DNA from: Salinivirgaceae bacterium
Lineage (GTDB): Bacteria; Bacteroidota; Bacteroidia; Bacteroidales; SZUA-534
DNA: 64,000 nt
Assembly: GCA_024405635.1 (NCBI GenBank)
Contig: JAKSOL010000002.1
Location: 153,458-217,457, forward strand
Reading direction: 5' to 3'
In this document: positions 28,961 to 37,385 of the stretch, in pieces
How positions within the stretch are numbered: position 1 is the stretch's first letter
Layout of the letters: each line of letters begins with the position of its first letter
Position numbers and translations under genes: made by a program
The notes under the pieces: generated by a model
Database searches by the model: none
What the model was told of the DNA's origin: nothing
The model's input: only the letters and a program-made list of their open reading frames with translations

Positions 28961-30355
28961 TTATCCGTTTTGTACTGTTTGTTCAACTTCGTCAATGGTT
29001 GATGGTACTTTTTTGCTACCCAAAACACGAGCTCCTGTTTCGGTAATAAGAAGGTCATCTTCAATTCTAACGCCACCAAAATCAATGTATTGCTCAACTT
29101 TGTTAAAATTAATGAACTCGGCATTTTTGCCAGACGCTTTCCATTGGTTAATAAGGTCGGGAATGAAGTATATGCCAGGTTCATCGCTCACAACAAAACC
29201 GGGTTGAAGAGTGCGGCCCATGCGTAACGATGATGTGCCAAATTGGTCAATTGGGCGTGTTATTTGGTCGTAACCAACATAAATCTGGCCTAAATTTTCC
29301 ATGTCGTGAACATCGAGTCCAATCATGTGCCCAAGTCCGTGCGGTAAAAACATTGCATGAGCACCAGCGGCTACGGCTTCGTCAATATCGCCCTTCATTA
29401 ATCCTAGGCTCTTAAGACCTTGTGCAATAATCTTGCAGCAAGCAAGGTGAACGCTCAAGTATGTTACTCCTGGTTTTGCAAGTTTAGCGGCAGCTTGGTT
29501 AGCATCAAGCACAATTTGGTAAATCTCTTTCTGTTTTTGTGTGAATTTGCCATTTACTGGAAATGTGCGAGTGTAGTCCGATGGGTATCCCATTGCAGTT
29601 TCGGCTCCAGCGTCAACCAACATAAGGCGCCCCGAGGTAATAGGATTGCCGTGATAGTGATTGTGTAGAGTTTGCCCATTTTGCGTTAATATGGTAGGAA
29701 ACGAAAAGTAACCTCCGTATTTGAGTGGAATACTATCTACGATGCTATGCAATTCGTACTCATTTTTTACACGAGTAACATTTTTCATTGCTGCTACATG
29801 CATTTCGTAACCAATAGCACAAGCAAATTCCATCTCTTCAATTTCTTCGGCCGATTTTACTGAGCGCAAATCTATTATGGCTTGTGTGAGTTTCATTGAA
29901 ATACCATTAGCAACCTCGTCAGTTGAGCGGTTCAGCATTTTAGATAGTTTTATTAAGGCATCAGCTCGATATTGTGGAGTGTACATTATGTCGCGGTCCA
30001 TTCTCATAGCAGTGTGCACATACTCAATGGCTTCAGAGGTTGGCTTTACTCTAGTGATTCCAGCAAGTAGCGCACGTTCGCGTATGGTTTGTTGTTTTCC
30101 CATCCATACAATGTCATCAATACTATATTCATCGGCAAAAATTATCTCTTCACCACTATCAAAATCAATGGCGGCCATAATGCCGGGTTGCCAAATGCCA
30201 AAAAAGTAAATAAATGTGCTGTCTTGACGAAAGCGATATGTATTGTCGGTGTAGTTCATAGGAGAATCGTTGTTTCCCATAAAAATTGCTACACCAGTTT
30301 TTACTTTGTCACGTAAAAGTCGGCGGCGAGTAGCGTAAGTGCTTGCGCCAAACAT
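28961..30355 (-). CDS. pepP: Xaa-Pro aminopeptidase (M24B)
   Basis: FRQDSTF.YFFG, LVDAG, DYTRT, HGLGHMIGLDVHD, EPGIYF, GVRIEDD; start 30355 or 30373; TACCTTTG promoter box at 30392-30399. Confidence 0.92.
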   Translation of the reverse strand: MFGASTYATRRRLLRDKVKTGVAIFMGNNDSPMNYTDNTYRFRQDSTFIYFFGIWQPGIMAAIDFDSGEEIIFADEYSIDDIVWMGKQQTIRERALLAGITRVKPTSEAIEYVHTAMRMDRDIMYTPQYRADALIKLSKMLNRSTDEVANGISMKLTQAIIDLRSVKSAEEIEEMEFACAIGYEMHVAAMKNVTRVKNEYELHSIVDSIPLKYGGYFSFPTILTQNGQTLHNHYHGNPITSGRLMLVDAGAETAMGYPSDYTRTFPVNGKFTQKQKEIYQIVLDANQAAAKLAKPGVTYLSVHLACCKIIAQGLKSLGLMKGDIDEAVAAGAHAMFLPHGLGHMIGLDVHDMENLGQIYVGYDQITRPIDQFGTSSLRMGRTLQPGFVVSDEPGIYFIPDLINQWKASGKNAEFINFNKVEQYIDFGGVRIEDDLLITETGARVLGSKKVPSTIDEVEQTVQNG

Positions 30356-30679
30356 GGTTCGTATTGTGTTCATTGTGTTTATGTTTTGAACCAAAGGTAG
30401 AAATAAGTTGTAAACTGATGAAATTGAAAAAAAGAGAGCGAAAATAAGAGTAGAGAGGCGTGCTTTTGGTAACTTTTTTCTGATTGTATCGTAAAAGTAT
30501 TTGTAGTGGTTATTAAAAAAAATCAGCAGTCTTTTAGTGGTTGATATTCAAATGATAAGAATAGAAATTGCTCAACAATGCATTAAAGAATAAAAAATAG
30601 GAGGCTTGGTTTAATGAAAAATACTACTTTTACAATTATCGGTTGCAAGACAATCGGTGTGGAATTATAGTTAATAGGT

Positions 30680-31534
30680 ATGATTAGTAACGACGATATT
30701 GCAAAGGTTCTGGCTGCTTTTAAAACGGCATCAACCTACGATTTTAGCGATTATTGCGACAGGTCGTTTGCGCGCCGAGTTGACAAGATTCTTACCGATA
30801 ATAAAATTTCTGCCGATTTGTTCGTGAAACAACTAATGAGTGATCGCGACTTCCTTGAAAAATCGGTGCGCGACATTACGGTAAACACAACCGAGCTTTT
30901 TCGCGATCCGCAAATGTGGCTCAACTTGCGCTATCAAGTGTTGCCTCGTTTTAAGGATAAACCTACAATTAAAATTTGGCATGCAGGCTGCTCATCGGGA
31001 CAAGAGATTTATTCAATGATGATTTTGCTTAACGAACTTGGCATGTTCGATAAAGCTCAAATCTTTGCTACCGATATAAATACCGCTGTTATTGAGGCCG
31101 CACAAACTGGTACTTACAAGTACATGTTCAACTTGAATTATTTGGACAACTTTGACAAGGTGATGCGCGAAAATCCGTACAACTTTGAGCAAAAGTACGA
31201 CGTCCCTTATGAAAAATACTTTGATATTGATAAGCGTAAGGACGTTATTCAAATGAATGATTTCTTGTGTAAGAAACCAGTGTTCCGTAAGCATGACTTG
31301 GTGAGCGGATGCAACCCATTCTATCACCAATTTGATTTAATATTGTGCCGCAACGTAATCATTTACTTTAATCCCAAATTGCAAAATAAGGTTATCAATA
31401 TGTTTGCAAATAACCTATCGGTAAATGGCTTTTTGATTTTGGGAGCTTCGGAAAGTATTTTGGGCTCGGCCAATAGTAGCTTTGAGCGAATGGTAGGTTT
31501 CTATCGTAAAAAACAAACAATTTCAATGTTTTAG
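30680..31534 (+). CDS. cheR: CheR-type protein-glutamate O-methyltransferase
   Basis: ITVNTTELFRD, IWHAGCSSGQEIYS, ATDIN, DLILCRNVIIYF, G.LILGASE. Confidence 0.93.
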   Translation: MISNDDIAKVLAAFKTASTYDFSDYCDRSFARRVDKILTDNKISADLFVKQLMSDRDFLEKSVRDITVNTTELFRDPQMWLNLRYQVLPRFKDKPTIKIWHAGCSSGQEIYSMMILLNELGMFDKAQIFATDINTAVIEAAQTGTYKYMFNLNYLDNFDKVMRENPYNFEQKYDVPYEKYFDIDKRKDVIQMNDFLCKKPVFRKHDLVSGCNPFYHQFDLILCRNVIIYFNPKLQNKVINMFANNLSVNGFLILGASESILGSANSSFERMVGFYRKKQTISMF

Positions 31535-31537
31535 CTT

Positions 31538-32365
31538 ATGATAGAAACTTTGGGTATAGTGGATATTAGAAAAATGAACGGATTTGTGTCCGAGGCATTT
31601 GGCATTAATTTGGCCGACTATGCGTCAACCATATTAAAACGCCGCTATGTGCACATGCTCAATACATATAATTGCGTGTCGGTAGATAATTTTGAGGATA
31701 GAATAAAAAAAGGAATAATTACCGCCGATGATGTGATGTATGAAGTGTCGCTAGAGACTACAGAATTGTTCCGCGATCCTTCGGCTTGGCGCGAAATGCG
31801 TGACAAATACTTGCCAGAAGTGTGCAAGTCGGGCAAGTGTAATATATTAATGCCCGGCGAGTCTTCAGGTGACGAACTTTACTCAATGATGATAGTGTTG
31901 TCTGAAGCAAATTTGTTAGATAAAGTTCAAGTAGATGCGTATTGCCCATCAAACCGAAACTTGAAACAAATAAAAGATGGTGGTTTGTATGATTCCAAAA
32001 AATTAGAGTTGGGTGATGCAAACTATACTAGATATTCGGGGCCTAAAACATTGTCCAACTATTATACATTGGTGGACAATAGAGCAAAAATGCAATCATC
32101 GTTGCTTAATGGGGTAAATCTTTCGGTGCGCGATGTACAGAAAAATGCCGACACAAAACGATATAAAATGATAGTGTATCGAAATGTGTTGCTGCAATAT
32201 TCGGTTCCATTGTATGAGCGAGTGGTGAAAACCTTAGTTGATAAACTTGACATAGGCGGTTACTTGATTATTGGCGATATGGAGACCCTTGAGTATTGCG
32301 ATTCAAACCGAAAATTGGTTTTGGTTGATAGCGCTGAACAGGTGTATCGTAAAAAGATGGATTAG
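31538..32365 (+). CDS. Second, degenerate CheR-like protein
   Basis: TELFRDP, SSGDELYS, RNVL and GGYLIIG.ME retained; AGC replaced by PGE and ATDI by AYCP. Confidence 0.8.
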   Translation: MIETLGIVDIRKMNGFVSEAFGINLADYASTILKRRYVHMLNTYNCVSVDNFEDRIKKGIITADDVMYEVSLETTELFRDPSAWREMRDKYLPEVCKSGKCNILMPGESSGDELYSMMIVLSEANLLDKVQVDAYCPSNRNLKQIKDGGLYDSKKLELGDANYTRYSGPKTLSNYYTLVDNRAKMQSSLLNGVNLSVRDVQKNADTKRYKMIVYRNVLLQYSVPLYERVVKTLVDKLDIGGYLIIGDMETLEYCDSNRKLVLVDSAEQVYRKKMD

Positions 32366-32368
32366 AGT

Positions 32369-32935
32369 ATGGAAAGCGAATATAAAGCCATAATGATTGG
32401 AGGTTCTGCCGGAAGTTTTCAGGTGGTGTGCAAAATAATAGCCGCATTGCCTGCCGACTATCCATTGCCAATTATTATGTGTTTGCATAGATTGAAACAT
32501 GTGCGTTCGGGCTTTGTTGAGGCTCTTTCAATTAAATCAAAGTTGCCTATAATTGAGCCCCACGACAAAGAACCTCTACGCAATGGTCGCATATATTTGG
32601 CTCCCGCAAACTATCACATGTATATAGAGTTGGGTAACCGTTTTTCACTATCTACTGAGGATGTGATTAATCACTCGCGCCCATCAATCGATTTGTCATT
32701 CTTTTCCGCCTCGTACAATTATAAGCGTAAGTTGGTGGGAATAATTCTTAGTGGAGCCAACAAAGATGGAGCTCTAGGATTGAAAAGTGTAGCAGACGGT
32801 GGAGGCTTGACTATAGTCCAAGATCCTAAAGAATGTCAAGTCCCAACAATGACTACAGCTTCAATGAATGCAACAAAAGTTGACCATATATTTACAACCA
32901 AACAAATTATTGACTTTTTGCTTAAACTAACATAA
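32369..32935 (+). CDS. cheB: Stand-alone CheB methylesterase (no receiver domain)
   Basis: GGSAG (Ser), CLHR (His), SRPSID, LSGANKDGA (Asp), IVQDP. Confidence 0.92.
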   Translation: MESEYKAIMIGGSAGSFQVVCKIIAALPADYPLPIIMCLHRLKHVRSGFVEALSIKSKLPIIEPHDKEPLRNGRIYLAPANYHMYIELGNRFSLSTEDVINHSRPSIDLSFFSASYNYKRKLVGIILSGANKDGALGLKSVADGGGLTIVQDPKECQVPTMTTASMNATKVDHIFTTKQIIDFLLKLT

Positions 32936-32945
32936 CCCTAATTGT

Positions 32946-33698
32946 ATGGATATTTTGAAACACAAAAGCAAAACGTACACTTGCGGCATCTTGATGATGC
33001 TACTTTGTGTAGTTTCAATTATAGTACTGCTTTGCGGTAGCCAAAATATGGGCAATATAGCATCGCTCACATTGTTGGCATTGCTAGTTCTAATGGCGTT
33101 TATGGCGTTCAGTATGATGCTTATGGGCATCAAAATGGTAGACACAGTTATCGAAACCGAAGAAGATCGAATGATTGAGACCGAAGACCAATACGAGCAA
33201 AAGGTTGATGATATTATAAGAGATATAGATCAACGAGATTTCGATTTGGAAAAGGTAGCATCTCTTGTAACTAAAAACGAAGGTTGGAAAATGTTTGCAG
33301 AATCTCTTTTATCTTCGTTGTCAAAGCAAGTTGATATGGCGATAGGAATTGTATATAAGGCCGAAAAAGATGATAATGGAGATGTGTTTAATCCAGTGGC
33401 AACATATGCATATTATAGCGATCAAGCTCCATCCAGTTTTAGAGTGGGAGAGGGTATATCGGGACAAGTGGTGTTAGATAAAAAATCAATGATGCTAAAC
33501 GAATTGTCAAACAAAAACATGACAATAGTGTCGGGGTTAGGCGAGTCGCAAGTCAATAATTTGGCAATTGTTCCAATTTTAAAGGACGATAATGTGGTCG
33601 GTTTAATAGAAATTGCTACATTTAAACCATTGGAAAAATGTGTAGCAAGCAAGATAGATGATTTGTCTAAAGTAATTGGTAATATTGCACCTTTATAA
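32946..33698 (+). CDS. Two-TM GAF-domain protein
   Basis: Two N-terminal hydrophobic helices; ATYAY, F.VGEGISGQ, IVSGLG, IVPI, GLIEIATF GAF signature. Confidence 0.85.
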   Translation: MDILKHKSKTYTCGILMMLLCVVSIIVLLCGSQNMGNIASLTLLALLVLMAFMAFSMMLMGIKMVDTVIETEEDRMIETEDQYEQKVDDIIRDIDQRDFDLEKVASLVTKNEGWKMFAESLLSSLSKQVDMAIGIVYKAEKDDNGDVFNPVATYAYYSDQAPSSFRVGEGISGQVVLDKKSMMLNELSNKNMTIVSGLGESQVNNLAIVPILKDDNVVGLIEIATFKPLEKCVASKIDDLSKVIGNIAPL

Positions 33699-33710
33699 AC
33701 TGAAAACCTA

Positions 33711-36338
33711 ATGGGAATTTTAGTTGATACCATAAAGAGTGTCCTAGTATATAGGGCAAACAACAAGGAGAACTACGTGCCAAGCATGGTATGTATAGGC
33801 ATACTTGTAGTTGTCGTGTCGTGGATTGTTGCGTTTATAAGCAACGATATCGAAGTGTCTATTGTAGGATTGACAGAAATACACGGCCAAAATGCAATTT
33901 TGTTTGTTGTTGATTTGCTCCCATTTATAATGGGAGGTATTGGTTATGTGTTTACAAAATCAACACGCCAAGCAATACATGAGTTGACTGCTGAAATAAA
34001 CGAGAAGAATCGTGTTATTACACAAAATGCTCAATTTGCAAAAAAAATAGGTGAAGGCGATTTTAATGCTCAAGATGGAGAGGTTGATGATAACGATGTG
34101 TTAGGCCACTCGTTGAAAATTATGAAGAACAACCTTGCCGAAACTAATGAAAAAGAGAAAGAACATAACTGGATTGCAAAAGGAAAGGATTCAATTGCTG
34201 ATATCTTGCGCAAACAGTCAGAACTTGATAAACTATCGTATGAGACTTTGGTTGAGGTAATTAAATACATTGATGTTATTCAAGGTGCGTTTTATATCTA
34301 CAACGAAGACGAAAAAGTGTTGGAAAATACAGCGACTTATGCATATAACCGCCGCAAATATCAAAACGCAAGTTTTGCTATAGGAGAGGGCTTGGTCGGT
34401 CAATGTGCATTTGAGATGGATGTGATTTTCCGTCGCGAGATTCCTGATGATTTTATCACAATTACTAGTGGCATATTAGGTGAGCAAAAACCAACGTCGT
34501 TATTGCTGGTGCCTTTAGTGTCTGACGAAAAATTGCAAGGAGTTCTTGAATTTGCGTCATTAAAAGACGATATCACTGATTTGAAAATCAGATTTGTGAA
34601 AGAGTTGAGTGATGTTATTGCCCGTACTATTTCAAACTTAAAAGTATCTGCAAATACATCACGACTATACGATGAGTCCCAAAAAATGACAAAGGAATTG
34701 AAGGAGAGCGAGATTGCGCTTCTTCAAGAAAAAGAGCAATTGCAAGAAACTCGTGAGGAGGTTGAGAAGAAAAATGCTGACCTTAATGCACAAAACGAGA
34801 AGATTGAAAATGCGCAAAAGCGTTTGAATTCATTGCTTGAAAATGCTTCGGAGATTATTTCAATCTATGACGAAAATAGAGTGCTTACATACATAAGTCC
34901 TTCAGTTGTAAATATATATGGCTACACTGGAGATGAAATGATTGCAGGTAAGGACCTTGATAGGTTGACAGCAAAAGGTATTAAAGAGTTTGCAGAGGCA
35001 TTTACAAAACTACTTGAAGATCCTGAAACTCCGCAAACAATTCAATATACTTATATGAGGAAAGATGGCCAAAAGATCTTTATAGAATCAATTGGTCGAA
35101 ATTTGTTGAACGACCCAGCAATTAAGGGTATCATTATCAACTCGCAAGATATAACTGAGCGTAAACGTGCAGAGAAAGAGGAGCGCATGAAGAGTAAAAT
35201 GCAGTCGTTGTCCGAAAACTCTCTTGATATGATTACTCGTGTTGGTACTACTGGTATATTTTTCTATGCAAACCCAGTGGTTAAAAAATATACAGACATT
35301 GAGCCCTCAGCGTTGATTAACAAGAATTTGAATGAAGTTGATTTCCATCCGCAAATCAAAGTGTCGCTTAACGAAGCAATACAAATTGTGAAAGAAACTC
35401 ATGAGAAACACGATACAGAGGTTACTTTCCCAACTAATTTTGGTGATCGTATAATGCAAGTAAATGCAATACCAGAGTTTAGCGACGATAACAAAGAATT
35501 GGAAACTATTTTGCTTGTTGCTCACGATATTACTGAGCAAAAGATGGCGGAAATGGAAATTCAAGAGAAGAATAAATCAATTACCGAGAGTATCAACTAT
35601 GCTAAACGAATTCAGAACTCAATTCTGCCAAATACCAAGTTTATACAAGAGTATTTGCCGAACTCGTTCATATTGTATCGCCCTCGTGAGGTTGTAAGTG
35701 GAGACTTCCCTTGGTTCTTTAAAAAAGGTGATGACTTGTTTATCGCAGCAGTTGATTGTACAGGTCATGGTGTGCCGGGAGCTTTGTTGTCGTTTATTGG
35801 TTATTTTACATTGAATAATGTTGTTGACCACTATGACAATATTAACGCAGGTCAAATCCTAGATAAGGTTCACGAAGGGGTTCGTACAACATTGAAGCAA
35901 GATCGTATTGATTCTGAGGCTCGAGATGGTATGGATATGGCACTTTGTAAAATAAACCTTAAGAAAAATATACTAGAATTTGCAGGTGCTCATCGTCCTT
36001 TGTATTTGACGAGAGGAAAAGAATTGATTCAATACAAAGGAAGCCATAAGGCAATTGGAGGTATACCATTGGGTAAGAAACAGGAGGAAGATTTTGAGAA
36101 TCATTTGATAAATCTTGAAGCTGGTGACCGCGTATTTTTCTTCTCTGATGGATTCCCTGACCAAGTAGGAGGAGATAGTGGAAGAAAATATCAAACAAAT
36201 AGAATGCGAGAAGTGCTTTTAAATAACACAGAAGCAACTATATTTGAGCACGAAAAAATATTGAATGATGATTTGGAAGCTTATAGAGGAAACTATAAGC
36301 AAGTTGATGATATATTATTAATAGGTATAGAGTTTTAA
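33711..36338 (+). CDS. Membrane sensor phosphatase: TM-HAMP-like-GAF-coiled coil-PAS-PAS-SpoIIE/PP2C (SiaA-like)
   Basis: GEGLVGQC GAF; two PAS domains ending DITERK and DITEQK; PP2C motifs VSGDF, DCTGHGVPGA, DGMD, FSDG..DQ, DDILLIG. Confidence 0.9.
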   Translation: MGILVDTIKSVLVYRANNKENYVPSMVCIGILVVVVSWIVAFISNDIEVSIVGLTEIHGQNAILFVVDLLPFIMGGIGYVFTKSTRQAIHELTAEINEKNRVITQNAQFAKKIGEGDFNAQDGEVDDNDVLGHSLKIMKNNLAETNEKEKEHNWIAKGKDSIADILRKQSELDKLSYETLVEVIKYIDVIQGAFYIYNEDEKVLENTATYAYNRRKYQNASFAIGEGLVGQCAFEMDVIFRREIPDDFITITSGILGEQKPTSLLLVPLVSDEKLQGVLEFASLKDDITDLKIRFVKELSDVIARTISNLKVSANTSRLYDESQKMTKELKESEIALLQEKEQLQETREEVEKKNADLNAQNEKIENAQKRLNSLLENASEIISIYDENRVLTYISPSVVNIYGYTGDEMIAGKDLDRLTAKGIKEFAEAFTKLLEDPETPQTIQYTYMRKDGQKIFIESIGRNLLNDPAIKGIIINSQDITERKRAEKEERMKSKMQSLSENSLDMITRVGTTGIFFYANPVVKKYTDIEPSALINKNLNEVDFHPQIKVSLNEAIQIVKETHEKHDTEVTFPTNFGDRIMQVNAIPEFSDDNKELETILLVAHDITEQKMAEMEIQEKNKSITESINYAKRIQNSILPNTKFIQEYLPNSFILYRPREVVSGDFPWFFKKGDDLFIAAVDCTGHGVPGALLSFIGYFTLNNVVDHYDNINAGQILDKVHEGVRTTLKQDRIDSEARDGMDMALCKINLKKNILEFAGAHRPLYLTRGKELIQYKGSHKAIGGIPLGKKQEEDFENHLINLEAGDRVFFFSDGFPDQVGGDSGRKYQTNRMREVLLNNTEATIFEHEKILNDDLEAYRGNYKQVDDILLIGIEF

Positions 36339-36357
36339 AACATAAAATATAATTGCT

Positions 36358-36933
36358 ATGGAAAATTCAGATTTCCTAGATTTTGTTTACAATTTCAGCG
36401 ACTCAATGGGCAAACGAAATGCCGAGTTGGTTTATAAAGGTGAGATATCGCACCAAGTAACCAAGGCGTTTACTTCGTTGACCGAAACAAGTATGTTGAT
36501 GGAGCAAGAACCTAATTCGGTGCAGAAAAAGGTTTTTCACGTTATTGTAGAGTTCTTGCAAAATATTAGCAAACACGCTGATAGCTTGGAAACTGGAGAA
36601 GACCGCCGTGAGGGTAGCGGAGTGTTCTTGCTTTGCAAAGACGAGGAAAATTATACCATAACAACAGGTAATGTGATGATGATTCACAAGAAAGACGCAA
36701 TAGCATCAATTCTTGAGAAAATCAACTCATTGGACCGAGAAGGGTTGAAAGCCTTGTATAAGCAGCAGATTAAGGACGGCCGTTTGAGCGAAAAAGGTGG
36801 CGCAGGCTTAGGCTTTATTGATATAGCAAAGAAAACAGGTAATAAACTTAATTATTCGTTTGTCCAATTGAATGACGAGTATACATTTTTTATTATATCA
36901 TCAACAATTTCGAGAACTCAATTATCAGATTAA
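36358..36933 (+). CDS. siaB: SiaB-family (DUF6272) GHKL-type Ser/Thr protein kinase
   Basis: YKGEI, VFHVIVEFLQNISKH (N box), TGN, GGAGLGFIDIAKK. Confidence 0.88.
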   Translation: MENSDFLDFVYNFSDSMGKRNAELVYKGEISHQVTKAFTSLTETSMLMEQEPNSVQKKVFHVIVEFLQNISKHADSLETGEDRREGSGVFLLCKDEENYTITTGNVMMIHKKDAIASILEKINSLDREGLKALYKQQIKDGRLSEKGGAGLGFIDIAKKTGNKLNYSFVQLNDEYTFFIISSTISRTQLSD

Positions 36934-36955
36934 CACTTAATAAATTATATAAATT

Positions 36956-37339
36956 ATGGAAGTAATTAAAATAGTTGGAACCGACGATACTCCAAGTGTA
37001 ACACTAGACGTTGCAAACGAAATTTTTGAAATTTCAGGACGTTCACTTCCTGAGGACGTTGCAATGTTTTATAAACCTATTTTGGATTGGTTGGACCGTT
37101 ATGCTGATGAGGCAACAGGTAGCACTGTGTTTAACTTCAAATTGGTTTACTTCAATACTGCATCTTCAAAAATGATTCTTGATATCCTTTTGAAATTAGA
37201 GGAAATACATGAGTCGGGAAAAGAAGTGCTCATTAAATGGTATTATCCTGATGACGACGAAGACATGGAAGAGGCAGGTGAAGAATACTCTGACATTGTT
37301 GATGTGCCATTTGAGCAAATTAGCTATTCATTGGATTAA
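36956..37339 (+). CDS. siaC: SiaC-family (DUF1987) phosphoprotein
   Basis: TP.V, ISGRSLPE, FYKPILDW, YFNT68ASSK, WYY..DDEDMEEAGEE. Confidence 0.92.
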   Translation: MEVIKIVGTDDTPSVTLDVANEIFEISGRSLPEDVAMFYKPILDWLDRYADEATGSTVFNFKLVYFNTASSKMILDILLKLEEIHESGKEVLIKWYYPDDDEDMEEAGEEYSDIVDVPFEQISYSLD

Positions 37340-37385
37340 TTTTTTTTCTATAGATATCTATAGTTCTATAAAGAAACACTTTTAG

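Noticed and set aside
28957-29184. 76-aa N-terminal extension of the serpin in the ORF track
   Set aside because: Overlaps pepP in another frame; the signal peptide starts at ATG 28956
30680-32935. Flagellar chemotaxis cluster
   Set aside because: No cheA, cheW, cheY, MCP or flagellar genes in the window; CheB lacks a receiver domain; neighbours are PP2C/Sia genes
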